Below, in pieces: positions 18,597 to 28,436 of a stretch of DNA of 64,000 nucleotides. Position numbers and translations under genes: made by a program. Origin of the DNA: an uncultured virus (IMG/VR IMGVR_UViG_3300028734_000019) (Duplodnaviria; Heunggongvirae; Uroviricota; Caudoviricetes); IMG/VR virus record IMGVR_UViG_3300028734_000019, positions 1 through 64,000 of that record. One strand, written 5' to 3'. Each line of letters starts with the position of its first letter. The first letter of the stretch is position 1. Under the pieces are notes generated by a model. That model saw only the letters and a list, made by a program, of their open reading frames with translations, made no database searches and had not been told where the DNA came from.

Positions 18597-21587
18597 ATGT
18601 CTAAAATAGATGAAAAATACATAGAATCATTAGATACATTCACTACCGCATTAGAGAAAATTGTGGAAATATTAAAAGAACAGCAAAAAACTGGCAAATC
18701 AGACGTCGTTAATGATTTTTTAAAGACTCCTATGAATGATTTGAGTCATGTAGTAAAGGATTTACAGAAAATTACAGAAGACGGATTTAAAAATGTCAAA
18801 ACTGATAATGAAAAAATATTACAGAAAATTGATGGAATAAAGAAGCAAAAAGAATCTGGAATGTTTGGTAGCATAGAAGATCCTAAGAACAAAAATAAGA
18901 TTGTTGATGGTATAAAAGTTGTTGTTTTAATTGCTGCAGGAGTTTTAGCGTTAGGATTGGCATTTAAAATAATAGGAAAAGTAGATTTTCTATCAGTTGT
19001 CGCGTTATCAGTATCTATGATAGCTATGTCATTGGCATATAGTAAAATAGCGGACATAAAAAATTTAAAATATACTAATATACTGTTAATTTCATCTATT
19101 ATGCCATTGATGGCAATTGGCTTAGCATTGTCTGGCTACATATTAAAAGGAATGCCAGACTTTTCAGTAATGCAATCAATGTCAATTCTTCTAATTAGTA
19201 CCGCAATGGGATTAGCTGCGTATCTTATAATGAAATCAGTGTCTAAAATTAGTAGTTCATCATTAAAAATGGTACCATTGCTACCTTTAATATTACCAAT
19301 GATAGCATGGGGCATTGTAAAATCTTCTCATATTTTAAAAGGGGTTGAAAATATATCTTTTATGCAAGTATTATCTGTAGGTATGATAGGATTGGCTTTG
19401 GGTGTAGCAACTATTGGAATTTCTTTAGCATTAAAAGGATTAAAAAATGTGACATATAAAGAAATGTTGGCATTGCCTTTTATGATACCATTAATAGCAG
19501 GAGGTATAGTTTTAGCAAGTGAAATATTTAAAGGATTTGTTCCAATTAGTAATCCATTAGATTTATTAATTGGTAGTGCTGTTATTGGATTATCGTTGCT
19601 GTTTTTTACTCCCGCAATTTATTTTTTAGGTAAAATGAAATTGGAAGATGTTATTACTGGAACATTAATGATTTTGCCAATGTCTATTGCTATTACACAA
19701 TCTAGTATAATTTTTAGTGAATTTATATCTCTTTCTGATCCATTAAATGTTGTATTAAGTACATTAGCAATGGGTATATCAATATTAATTTTTACACCTA
19801 CAGTTATGTTGTTAGGTAAATTATCTCTTTCTGATTTGCTTGTTGGTATAGCAGGAAGTATATTAACATCTATTGCTATTGTAGTCGTTGCTAATATATT
19901 TTCATCATTGCCTACTAATATGATAGCACCTGATTTTATGTGGACATTATCTGCTGGATTAGCAATTGGAGGATTTGCTCTTATTGCTGCTGGAGTTGGA
20001 TTATTTGCTGGAACTAATCCATTTTTCTGGATTGGTCTTGCTGCTATTCTTGCTGTTGCTGGAATTATGGTTCTTGTTTCACATATAATACCAACTGGTG
20101 ATTATACTAAATATCCACCTTTGGATTGGGCATTAGGAGTAGGTGGATCATTAATTGCGTTTAGTTCTGCTATGGTGATAGCATCCGCTGGTAGTATTGC
20201 AGGAGCGATATCAAAAATATTTACTGGTGAAGAAAACCCTTTAATTAAAATAGCAAATACAATGGTTGAAGTATCTTTATTATTACAAAGTGGTAAATGG
20301 GATAGTGGTTATCCAAAATTGGAATGGTCATTGGGAGTTGGTACAGCACTCACATTATTCGCTGCTGCTTATGTTGCTATTACAGGATTGCAAGGAATTA
20401 ATAAAGTATTTTCATTTTTGACTGGTACCAAAGCCCAAAGTTTTAATGATTTTGTAATATCAGCAGCAGGAGCAATGAAAACTGCAAATTCAGAATTATC
20501 TGGTGTTAATTGGAGTACAGCAGGTAGTTATCCATCTAAAGATTATGCTGATGGAGTTGGTGAATTATTAAAATCATTCGCTGAAACATATGCAATAGTA
20601 TCTATCGCAGGCGCTAATATATTTAGTGTGAATCCTGAAAGTTTCAATGTATTTGTTAAAAACGCTGCTTCTTCTATGGTTACAGCAAAAACAATATTAG
20701 ATTCTACAAATTGGAATAATGCTGGACATCCAACTAAAGAATATTCAGAAGGAATTGGTAGCTTTCTTATATCTATGGCTACAGCATATTCTAAAGTTAA
20801 TGATATAGGAATAATGGATATTATAGCTAGATTATTTAATGTTGGTGGTAATAAAATGACAATAACAGATTTTGTGAGAGAATCATCAAATTCAATAGTT
20901 TTAGCATCAAATATATTATCAGACGGTAATTTTACTAATATTCCAGATGCAACTTATTTAACAAATTTTAATAATTTTATAGTTTCAATGGCTAAAAATA
21001 TAAATGATTTTGCAGTAAATATAAATGATGTGATGAATTTTACAAATAATTTAGGTATGCTATTTCCATCTTTAATATTATTGTCAAATGCAACACAAAA
21101 TCCTTTATCAGAACTTTATATTCAAGGATTTGATAAATTAGTTAAATTATTAGATAATATGCCAGATAAAAGTGTTCAAATACATAAATTGGCAGACTCG
21201 TTTGTTGATTTATCTAATTCTTTGAAAGATATTACAACATTTGATAATTTATCAAAAGTTTCAGCTAGTGTTGTTTTATTGAGTGCTGTTGATGATGCAA
21301 AATTGCAAATAGTTCTTGATAAATTAAAAGATAATCAAGATACAATAAAAACTATTTATGGTAACTCTGATTCTACTCCTAATTTAATGAAAACAATTGG
21401 TAATGCATTTAATAACTTAACAGGATCCGATAAAATAGAAGATGAGAAAAAAGCAAAAGAACCTATGGTAGTTGTCACTAAAATTGAACCTCAATTTTAT
21501 TCTGAAATATCTGAGGTTAGAAAATTATTAAAATCAATTAAAAATTCTTTAGATAAGCCAGCACCAGCATCTAGCTTTCATAGATAA
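18597..21587 (+). CDS. Large hydrophobic helical-repeat protein (tape-measure / membrane-spanning type)
   Basis: 996 aa with many Ala/Gly/Ile/Leu hydrophobic repeats plus YP-xx-W repeats, in the structural region. Confidence 0.5.
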   Translation: MSKIDEKYIESLDTFTTALEKIVEILKEQQKTGKSDVVNDFLKTPMNDLSHVVKDLQKITEDGFKNVKTDNEKILQKIDGIKKQKESGMFGSIEDPKNKNKIVDGIKVVVLIAAGVLALGLAFKIIGKVDFLSVVALSVSMIAMSLAYSKIADIKNLKYTNILLISSIMPLMAIGLALSGYILKGMPDFSVMQSMSILLISTAMGLAAYLIMKSVSKISSSSLKMVPLLPLILPMIAWGIVKSSHILKGVENISFMQVLSVGMIGLALGVATIGISLALKGLKNVTYKEMLALPFMIPLIAGGIVLASEIFKGFVPISNPLDLLIGSAVIGLSLLFFTPAIYFLGKMKLEDVITGTLMILPMSIAITQSSIIFSEFISLSDPLNVVLSTLAMGISILIFTPTVMLLGKLSLSDLLVGIAGSILTSIAIVVVANIFSSLPTNMIAPDFMWTLSAGLAIGGFALIAAGVGLFAGTNPFFWIGLAAILAVAGIMVLVSHIIPTGDYTKYPPLDWALGVGGSLIAFSSAMVIASAGSIAGAISKIFTGEENPLIKIANTMVEVSLLLQSGKWDSGYPKLEWSLGVGTALTLFAAAYVAITGLQGINKVFSFLTGTKAQSFNDFVISAAGAMKTANSELSGVNWSTAGSYPSKDYADGVGELLKSFAETYAIVSIAGANIFSVNPESFNVFVKNAASSMVTAKTILDSTNWNNAGHPTKEYSEGIGSFLISMATAYSKVNDIGIMDIIARLFNVGGNKMTITDFVRESSNSIVLASNILSDGNFTNIPDATYLTNFNNFIVSMAKNINDFAVNINDVMNFTNNLGMLFPSLILLSNATQNPLSELYIQGFDKLVKLLDNMPDKSVQIHKLADSFVDLSNSLKDITTFDNLSKVSASVVLLSAVDDAKLQIVLDKLKDNQDTIKTIYGNSDSTPNLMKTIGNAFNNLTGSDKIEDEKKAKEPMVVVTKIEPQFYSEISEVRKLLKSIKNSLDKPAPASSFHR

Positions 21588-21742
21588 TTAACTACAATAA
21601 TACGTCTTTCAAGTAAACTTTAAATTATTTTTAATCTATATGTAATTGAAGTAAATAATTTGATATTAATAAATATCAAATTATTTATTGATATAGGCAC
21701 ATTTGAACCTATATCAATAAATATATAAATAAAAAATAAGAC

Positions 21743-22168
21743 ATGAAAAGATTTTTATATTTGATAAGATATTTTAAGCTTCTTAAGAAGAATAAAAAAG
21801 TTTTGGAAGAATCAAGAATTAATAAAAATATTAATCCTTACGGTATTCAGTATGATTGGATAGGTAGATTATATACAGTATTAAACTTACCTTTAGATGA
21901 TAAAGAAAATATTGATAAGTATGGCTACTATTATGTTGATAATATGGTTAGAAATCATGTGATTGAAATTAATAATTTTTTATTTGAATTAGGAATGCTA
22001 GAATATGTTGAATTAGATACAGATAATATTCAACAAATTGATGATTTAAATATAAGAATAGTATTGAAGTTTAAATATCTAAATACTAAATTTATTGCAA
22101 GATTCATTATAGTATCAATAATCTCATTAATTTTATTTGGAATGTTTTCTTTATTATTTTTATTATAA
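21743..22168 (+). CDS. Hypothetical protein with C-terminal TM anchor
   Basis: Hydrophobic C-terminus. Confidence 0.6.
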   Translation: MKRFLYLIRYFKLLKKNKKVLEESRINKNINPYGIQYDWIGRLYTVLNLPLDDKENIDKYGYYYVDNMVRNHVIEINNFLFELGMLEYVELDTDNIQQIDDLNIRIVLKFKYLNTKFIARFIIVSIISLILFGMFSLLFLL

Positions 22169-22209
22169 ACTTTATTAAATAATTACAATATATTTAAAAA
22201 ACAAAAAAC

Positions 22210-22647
22210 ATGGCAAAAGAACAATATCACGAATTAGCAGATTATATTATAGACTATTTTAAAGTCTTAGAAGAAAAATTGTGCATCCCAATAAATTTAA
22301 AATTTGTATTTCAAGCGGATGATAAACAAAAAACATTAATAAAAATAGTTAAAATTAATGATAGATATGTAAGTTTATTAAATGCTGAACTTTTAGTCAG
22401 TTTTAATGAAAATTTTTATGACGCATTTGATGATGAAATAAAAAACATTTTAATTGATCAAGAGTTGGCATTAATTGAAACAGATCTTGATAAAGGAACT
22501 ATAAAATTAGGTAAAGCAGATTTAGTAACATCATACGGTATTATTAATAGATATGGAGTTGAAGCAGTTGAAAGAGCAAATAAATGTAGAGATTTATATA
22601 ATAGTCAACAAGCTGAAAAAGAAAAAGAAACAAAAGCAAATAGATAA
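22210..22647 (+). CDS. Hypothetical protein, possibly an inactive phage metallopeptidase-like fold
   Basis: ILIDQELALI where the family typically has xLIDHELxH. Confidence 0.35.
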   Translation: MAKEQYHELADYIIDYFKVLEEKLCIPINLKFVFQADDKQKTLIKIVKINDRYVSLLNAELLVSFNENFYDAFDDEIKNILIDQELALIETDLDKGTIKLGKADLVTSYGIINRYGVEAVERANKCRDLYNSQQAEKEKETKANR

Positions 22648-22671
22648 AATAAAAACAAAAAACAAAAATAA

Positions 22672-23457
22672 ATGATAATGGAAGAAAAAAAATTTTTTAA
22701 TTTTAACGGTGATGAAGCATTCGATTTAAATACAGAATATACAAATTTATTTGTAGATGGAGATAACCAAAAAATTAGTACAAACGATAATAAAATTAAA
22801 GATGCTGAAAAGATTATTTCAGAAACAGGACAGAAATATATTGAAAGTAAATCCCTTCAAAAATATGAATACCTATTTACCAATTTAGATTTATTTTTAA
22901 ATAGATTTCAAACTGATTCAGTAGAAGTAAAATCTATGACTAAAGAAGATAGAGATAAATTGTTTGGATATGGTAGAGAACTATTCTCAACATATCAAAC
23001 TCAATATAGTTCATTGAATTTTAATTTTGAACTCTCTATTAAAGAGTGGAATTATATGGATAATATATTAACAAAAAAATTGTCATATAATGGAAATGAA
23101 CTTTTCAATTTTTGGGAACTTTTCACCAAATTTATTGATCCAACAAGAAATTATATCAAAAGTTTACCAAAAGGAATCGAATCATTCGTTCCAGCTTGCT
23201 CAATACAAAGTTTAGTTTTAGTTAGTCACTTGTTGATGAAACATGAAGAAAAAGGATCAACTGATCATTTCTTTTATTTTAAAAATGTATTAACTGAAGT
23301 TGGTTTGATGACAAGACTTTTTAATGCTTATGGAGTAGTATTAGAAAGATACACCAATATGTTTAACAATTGGGTAGATGCATTAAATACTATGGACGGA
23401 TATAATAACATAGATAGAATAGATGAACCAGGAACAGTATCAGAAACACAGCAATAA
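22672..23457 (+). CDS. Hypothetical protein
   Basis: 261 aa ORF. Confidence 0.6.
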   Translation: MIMEEKKFFNFNGDEAFDLNTEYTNLFVDGDNQKISTNDNKIKDAEKIISETGQKYIESKSLQKYEYLFTNLDLFLNRFQTDSVEVKSMTKEDRDKLFGYGRELFSTYQTQYSSLNFNFELSIKEWNYMDNILTKKLSYNGNELFNFWELFTKFIDPTRNYIKSLPKGIESFVPACSIQSLVLVSHLLMKHEEKGSTDHFFYFKNVLTEVGLMTRLFNAYGVVLERYTNMFNNWVDALNTMDGYNNIDRIDEPGTVSETQQ

Positions 23458-23785
23458 TAAGGAGATTTTTGATGAAATAAGAGACATAATATATAATAAT
23501 AGCGAAAATGCTATTGATATAAGTGATGTTAAGATATCTTCATTGAAAAATCTTTATATTATTGATGAGATAAAAAATCTCAAGGTTATCGAATTAGATA
23601 ACCTTGATGATTTTATGTCTTATGTAAATTATGATCACTACTTGATATTTAAATATAATAATTCTTATTATTTCTGTGATACAGAACTTGCATCGTATTT
23701 AGATAAACTTAGTTTAATTAAAATAACTGATTTTAGCTTATATCTCAGAAAAGATAAAATAAATAAAATAGAGAATTTTAATTGA
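23423..23785 (+). CDS. Hypothetical protein with RxxKIxxI tag
   Basis: Ends LRKDKINKIENFN. Confidence 0.55.
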   Translation: MNQEQYQKHSNNKEIFDEIRDIIYNNSENAIDISDVKISSLKNLYIIDEIKNLKVIELDNLDDFMSYVNYDHYLIFKYNNSYYFCDTELASYLDKLSLIKITDFSLYLRKDKINKIENFN

Positions 23786-23819
23786 TTAATCAATTAATAT
23801 AAAATAAAAACATAAAAAT

Positions 23820-24146
23820 ATGCCAAAATCAAAAAATAGAAAAGGACACGATTCTAAAGTTAGAAAATATAACGAAAATAAGAAAGTACAGCAAGAAATA
23901 TTGAAGAAGAAAATGATGGAAAATTATATTAAACTTCAACAGGAGATTATGGCTGGACAAGCACATACATCAACAGAAGATGCTATTGATTCAGATATAA
24001 ATATTGATGAATTGAATACTATAGATGATATATCATTAATTGATATTGATAATCTAAGTGTTATACCAGAAGTAGTTGAAGAAAGTATAATTTCTCCTGA
24101 ATCGGTAGAAATTGTTGATGCTGAATTAGTCGATACTAATAAATAA
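23820..24146 (+). CDS. Hypothetical protein with basic N-terminus and acidic C-terminus
   Basis: MPKSKNRKGH... followed by a D/E-rich tail. Confidence 0.6.
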   Translation: MPKSKNRKGHDSKVRKYNENKKVQQEILKKKMMENYIKLQQEIMAGQAHTSTEDAIDSDINIDELNTIDDISLIDIDNLSVIPEVVEESIISPESVEIVDAELVDTNK

Positions 24147-24155
24147 TTTAATTAT

Positions 24156-25196
24156 ATGATAACCATAACAAACAATAAAATCTATTATAGCGAAGAATCA
24201 ATTTTATACCTAGATTCAATAGATAATGCTGATGTTATTGACCCAAACGATATATTACTTTTTTTGTCAGATACTGTTGAATTAGGTGAGAATTTAATAT
24301 TTAAAAGATTGTTTGATATTATATCACATAATGTTAATGATTTTAATGATATTTTTTATTCATCATTAGATGGATATTATATTGATCCATTTTTACAAGA
24401 AATTGAAAATAATCCAACTGACAAACTTGATATGGATTATCTAGAAGTTAATTGGAGCTGTAATAAGTATGATAATGAATTAAATGTAACATCTACAATT
24501 CACGGCGTATCAAATAACAATTCTGATTTTTATTCAATAGACTTTGTATCTCTTAATAATTTAAAAAAATTAAACATTTCACTCAATAAAAATTTCACTG
24601 TATATGATTATAATAAATTGATAGAGGGTAAAAATGAAGAAGATTCAAAATTTGAGTTAGGAGAAAAAACATTTACATTATTTGATTTGTATAACGCAAT
24701 ATTTAGTGAAATAACATTTCATGGTGGTCCTCTTGATAAAAAAGAAAGATTTGAAGAGCTAGAAAAATGTATTGAAGACGAAGATATTAATCCTGAAGAA
24801 TATAAAGAATTGAAAAGTTCTACACTAAATGATTTGATTGACAAATATGAAAAAGAGGATAAATATTTGGTTAAATATAAAGAGTTTAGAAGTAGAGTTG
24901 ATGAGAATAGAATTCAAATTAATGAAAATTTATCAAAATTGAAAGATTGTTTGTTAAATAAATTGAAGATTTATGATGATATTTATAACTGTGAAGGTAG
25001 TATAAAAAAATATTATAAAAAACTAACTAATATTGAATTTAATATGCAAACTCTTTACGGAGAAGATGAAGATATATTATTTCATAAATTTTGGCAAACT
25101 CCAAGATGTACATGTCCAAAAATTAATAATATTGAAATTTATCCTTCAAAAAAATGTTTAATTGATGATAACTGTCCTATTCATGGTAAAAATTAA
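24156..25196 (+). CDS. Hypothetical protein with C-terminal Cys/His metal-binding motif
   Basis: HKFWQTPRCTCP ... CPIHG. Confidence 0.6.
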   Translation: MITITNNKIYYSEESILYLDSIDNADVIDPNDILLFLSDTVELGENLIFKRLFDIISHNVNDFNDIFYSSLDGYYIDPFLQEIENNPTDKLDMDYLEVNWSCNKYDNELNVTSTIHGVSNNNSDFYSIDFVSLNNLKKLNISLNKNFTVYDYNKLIEGKNEEDSKFELGEKTFTLFDLYNAIFSEITFHGGPLDKKERFEELEKCIEDEDINPEEYKELKSSTLNDLIDKYEKEDKYLVKYKEFRSRVDENRIQINENLSKLKDCLLNKLKIYDDIYNCEGSIKKYYKKLTNIEFNMQTLYGEDEDILFHKFWQTPRCTCPKINNIEIYPSKKCLIDDNCPIHGKN

Positions 25197-25217
25197 AAAA
25201 TTAAAAAAGCTTCATAT

Positions 25218-25499
25218 TTAAATATGAAGCTTTTTTAATTTCTCTTTTCTTGTGTGCTTAATAGAAAACTCTAAACATTCTTCTGAAATACTTTCATAAG
25301 TTACTCCATTTATTGTCTTATTTGTCATCATTCCTATGTTATCAGAGTCCCAATAATCAGTATAGTAACAATTACCATATTCTGAAAATCCAATAATTGA
25401 CATAGGAATTTTATGATACCAAGGATATTCTTTAATGTCATTGCAAATTTCAGAACAAATAACAATGTCACCTATTTTAAATTTTCTTTCCATTTTCAA
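25218..25499 (-). CDS. Small SH3/KOW-like protein with RxxKLxxL tag
   Basis: FKIGDIVIC ... TRKEKLKKL. Confidence 0.55.
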   Translation of the reverse strand: MKMERKFKIGDIVICSEICNDIKEYPWYHKIPMSIIGFSEYGNCYYTDYWDSDNIGMMTNKTINGVTYESISEECLEFSIKHTRKEKLKKLHI

Positions 25500-25773
25500 T
25501 TGAATCTAAATGCTCTTTTTCAACTTCAGTCCATTTTTGAATAGGACATGTTCCTCCGATATCTTGATATGTTTTAGGTGTGAATATTTTTGCTTTTAAC
25601 GCACAGCCACATAAATTACATCTTGCAAATATATCAATCTCTCCTATATTTAACATCTCTTTATGCTCACACCCATCACATATTTCAATTCTTTTACTTG
25701 CAAGATCTGATTGCTCATCATTTGGGTTGAATGATATTCTCCAAGATTTGAAAATTTCTTCAATTTTATTCAT
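25477..25773 (-). CDS. Small Cys-rich zinc-binding protein
   Basis: RIEICDGC ... CNLCGC ... CPIQKW. Confidence 0.6.
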   Translation of the reverse strand: MNKIEEIFKSWRISFNPNDEQSDLASKRIEICDGCEHKEMLNIGEIDIFARCNLCGCALKAKIFTPKTYQDIGGTCPIQKWTEVEKEHLDSIENGKKI

Positions 25774-25848
25774 TTATTTAATTTTTTAATTTTAAGTTTA
25801 TTAATTAACTTATATATAAAATTAAATTAGTCCAAATTGATTTTTTTG

Positions 25849-25920
25849 TATGCCTAGAAGGACTCGAACCTTCAACTCATCATCCGTAGTGATACGTGTT
25901 ATCCATTACACTATAAGCAC
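25849..25920 (-). tRNA. tRNA-Arg (ACG)
   Basis: Manual cloverleaf: GTGCTTA/TAGGCAT acceptor, TATCA-CTACGGA-TGATG anticodon arm, GAAGG-TTCGAGT-CCTTC T arm. Confidence 0.85.
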
Positions 25921-25934
25921 ATGTAAGTATTTAC

Positions 25935-26420
25935 TCATTTATTTTTAATGACTTGATTAATGTTTTTTAATTTTTCTTTTCTTGAGTATGCTAATTTGTA
26001 TTTCATAACTCCTTCTATTTTATTATTTAAACATTGTTCCATTAAATATTCAGATTGATGTATTACATATTCTTTAGAACATTTTTCAATACTATCTCCA
26101 TAATGATTAGTATCAAATCCTATCATCCAATAATTATCTAATTTTTTATAATTATCTATTGTTACATCACCATCAATTTCTAAATTATCAATCCATTCTA
26201 AAAATGATTTAGAATCAAAAAATTGACCATATGTTAATCCTCCATGTACACTTATTGTATTCATATCATCATATGAAACTCCATATGATGGATGATTATT
26301 AGGTATTAATATATAACCATTACCCCATCCGAATTCCATTTTTAATGAAAATGTACTTAGTAGAGGTAAATTTTTAGTGATATAATTCTCAATTACTAAT
26401 GTGTAAATTCCGTATTTCAT
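25935..26420 (-). CDS. Conserved phage protein (VHGGLTY ... WMIGFDTNH) with RxxKLxxI tag
   Basis: Motifs common in phage hypotheticals; ends SRKEKLKNI. Confidence 0.6.
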   Translation of the reverse strand: MKYGIYTLVIENYITKNLPLLSTFSLKMEFGWGNGYILIPNNHPSYGVSYDDMNTISVHGGLTYGQFFDSKSFLEWIDNLEIDGDVTIDNYKKLDNYWMIGFDTNHYGDSIEKCSKEYVIHQSEYLMEQCLNNKIEGVMKYKLAYSRKEKLKNINQVIKNK

Positions 26421-26483
26421 GTTGATTTTTTAAATAAAAACAAAGATACACAATTTTTTTGTATATTCAATATTAAAAATTTT

Positions 26484-26894
26484 TTATTGTTGAATAACTA
26501 CATTATATGTAATTCCACCAGATTTCTTTTTTATTGCGTTTTTTAATTCTTCACTGTCTTTAATATCTTCCAAATTATCATTTTTAATATCATCTTTGAT
26601 TTTACTAATATCAGAATCAACATCCTTTAATTCTCCTTTTATTTCACCTACATTACCTACTATATTATCAACATCAGTATCAACATTTTTTATATTTTGT
26701 TGTATGTCATAAATAATATTTTTTATTTCACTAACTTCATTTGTTATTTGTGCAGTTATTGTGTCTATTTTTTTAGATAACTCTTCTATCTTTGTAATAA
26801 TATCATCAGTTCTTAATGATATATTTTCTTGCTCCGACTTAATATTTTCTACTAAATTATCCATATCATTTGTCTTTATGTATAAATAGTACAA
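26484..26894 (-). CDS. Coiled-coil protein, paralogous to the soluble part of 26936
   Basis: RTDDIITKIEELSKKI versus RTDAIISKIEELSEKI; heptad repeats. Confidence 0.6.
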   Translation of the reverse strand: MYYLYIKTNDMDNLVENIKSEQENISLRTDDIITKIEELSKKIDTITAQITNEVSEIKNIIYDIQQNIKNVDTDVDNIVGNVGEIKGELKDVDSDISKIKDDIKNDNLEDIKDSEELKNAIKKKSGGITYNVVIQQ

Positions 26895-26935
26895 ATTATA
26901 TTAAAATTTTTATACAATGATAATTTTAATGTAAA

Positions 26936-27475
26936 TTATTTTTTTTCTTTTTCTATATTATCTTGAATGTTATTTATGTCAAAGTCTACATTTTTTAAAT
27001 CTTCTTGTATATTATCAACATGATTTTGTATTTCATTAACGTCTGTGTCAGCATACTTTAACTCAATATCTATATCATCAACATGACTTTTTATGTCACT
27101 AACATCAGTATCTACATCTTTTAATTCAATATCAATATCAACTACATGAGTTTTTATGTCATCAACATCAACATTTATATGCTCTGTCATAGCTTCTATT
27201 TTTTCGGATAATTCTTCAATCTTTGATATTATTGCATCAGTTCTACTTCCACTTATCTTAGCAATATATCCTAAAACTGGTAATGCTACTCCTTGAAAGA
27301 AAACTGATACTAAATATTGCATCCATGCAACTAAACCTGATGGCTGACTAAAAAATAATGGAAATATAACTAATATTGTAATTATCCAAAACATTGTCAT
27401 ACTAGATAATGAATCTGATAAAAATATTGCAAATTTTTCTTGTGATGATTTAAATTTCTCGACTAATTTATTCAT
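26936..27475 (-). CDS. Two-TM membrane protein with acidic heptad-repeat coiled coil
   Basis: Two hydrophobic segments followed by DIDIELKxxDTDV repeats. Confidence 0.6.
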   Translation of the reverse strand: MNKLVEKFKSSQEKFAIFLSDSLSSMTMFWIITILVIFPLFFSQPSGLVAWMQYLVSVFFQGVALPVLGYIAKISGSRTDAIISKIEELSEKIEAMTEHINVDVDDIKTHVVDIDIELKDVDTDVSDIKSHVDDIDIELKYADTDVNEIQNHVDNIQEDLKNVDFDINNIQDNIEKEKK

Positions 27476-27543
27476 ATTTTTTTTATTTATATATAAATAG
27501 TGATAATTATATAAATAATATAAATTGTATTAAATATTTTTTG

Positions 27544-27626
27544 TGGTACTAGTTGGGCTCGAACCCACAACCTCCGAAGAGATCAGTTTTACATACTGAC
27601 ATGACTACCTGTGTCATATTAATCAC
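27544..27626 (-). tRNA. tRNA-Tyr (GTA)-like, imperfect acceptor stem
   Basis: TCAGT-ATGTAAA-ACTGA anticodon arm, long variable arm, GGTTCGAGCC T loop; two acceptor mismatches. Confidence 0.6.
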
Positions 27627-27635
27627 ATATTTTTG

Positions 27636-27760
27636 TGGTAGCAGATGGACTCGAACCATCAACTTCTGAGACATCGGCCCAGCACTCTATCCTTCGCTCG
27701 TTTCAAATTATTTATTCTAGTTTCATAATTATCCCCTTTGTGCTTTTGAGTTACACTACC
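27636..27760 (-). tRNA. tRNA-Ile (GAT)-like with 60-nt D-loop
   Basis: GGTAGTG/TGCTACC acceptor, ACTC/GAGT D stem enclosing 60 nt, CTGGG-CCGATGT-CTCAG anticodon arm, GATGG-TTCGAGT-CCATC T arm. Confidence 0.65.
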
Positions 27761-27773
27761 TTGTTGTTTATTG

Positions 27774-27852
27774 TACTGCCGAAGGGACTTGAACCCTCAT
27801 ACACCAATTACCTTGTTAATGACTGGATATAAGCCAGTGGGGATACGACAGT
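27774..27852 (-). tRNA. D-armless tRNA-Ile (TAT)-like RNA
   Basis: ACTGTCG/CGGCAGT acceptor, 7-nt linker TATCCCC, ACTGG-CTTATAT-CCAGT, 23-nt variable region, GAGGG-TTCAAGT-CCCTT. Confidence 0.6.
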
Positions 27853-27865
27853 GTGTTTTTTATTG

Positions 27866-27942
27866 TTGGTGAAGTGGGAATTGAACCCACATGTGACCAA
27901 TTAACCTTTCTACTACTTATCAGGCAGAGGGTATATTCACCA
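27866..27942 (-). tRNA. D-armless tRNA-Ile (GAT)-like RNA
   Basis: TGGTGAA/TTCACCA acceptor, linker TATACCCT, CTGC-CTGATAA-GTAG, long variable region, GTGGG-TTCAATT-CCCAC. Confidence 0.6.
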
Positions 27943-27953
27943 ATGTTATTTAG

Positions 27954-28027
27954 TAGTCCTGGTGAGACTTGAACTCACGACCTCCATCTTATCAGGATGA
28001 CAATCTAACCGACTGATATACAAGACT
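27954..28027 (-). tRNA. tRNA-Ile (GAT)
   Basis: Canonical cloverleaf, AGTCTTG/CAGGACT, TCATC-CTGATAA-GATGG. Confidence 0.9.
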
Positions 28028-28094
28028 ATTTTAGTTTATTTTTATTAATCATAACATACTATTAGTATGATACTAGTCATAATAATAAACTCTG

Positions 28095-28165
28095 TACCGA
28101 ATATGAGGTTCGAACTCATTTGGATTTCCTTATGAGAGAAATCTCTTTTCCACTAAGCTTCGGCA
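28095..28165 (-). tRNA. tRNA-Met/Ile2 (CAT), compact atypical D arm
   Basis: TTTCT-CTCATAA-GGAAA anticodon arm, ATGAG-TTCGAAC-CTCAT T arm. Confidence 0.7.
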
Positions 28166-28177
28166 TAATGTTCATTG

Positions 28178-28251
28178 AGGCCAAGGTGGGACTCGAACCC
28201 ACACAATATAGTTTTGCAGACTATCCCTTTATTCCATTCGGGCACTCGGTC
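28178..28251 (-). tRNA. tRNA-Cys (GCA)
   Basis: ATAGT-CTGCAAA-ACTAT anticodon arm, U discriminator, canonical T arm. Confidence 0.9.
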
Positions 28252-28258
28252 ATTTTTG

Positions 28259-28340
28259 TGGAAATAGAGGGACTCGAACCCACGAACTTGTGAAAGAACT
28301 GATTTACAGTCAGTTGCAATTGCCACTATGCGATATTTCC
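28259..28340 (-). tRNA. tRNA-Tyr (GTA)
   Basis: GGAAATA/TATTTCC acceptor, ACTGA-CTGTAAA-TCAGT, long variable arm. Confidence 0.9.
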
Positions 28341-28350
28341 ATTATCTTTG

Positions 28351-28436
28351 CGGTTCTGAGGAAAGTCGAATTCCCTATATCCCTTACGAGAAGCCTGAGT
28401 GACAGTCAGGTACACCAGCCGTTATGCGCCAGAACC
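28351..28436 (-). tRNA. tRNA-Asp (GTC) with long variable arm
   Basis: GGTTCTG/CAGAACC acceptor, CCTGA-CTGTCAC-TCAGG, 18-nt variable region, G discriminator. Confidence 0.75.

Noticed and set aside
21651..21720. Two adjacent AT-rich inverted repeats as an origin or ncRNA
   Set aside because: Compatible with ordinary terminators after the 996-aa gene; no further support.
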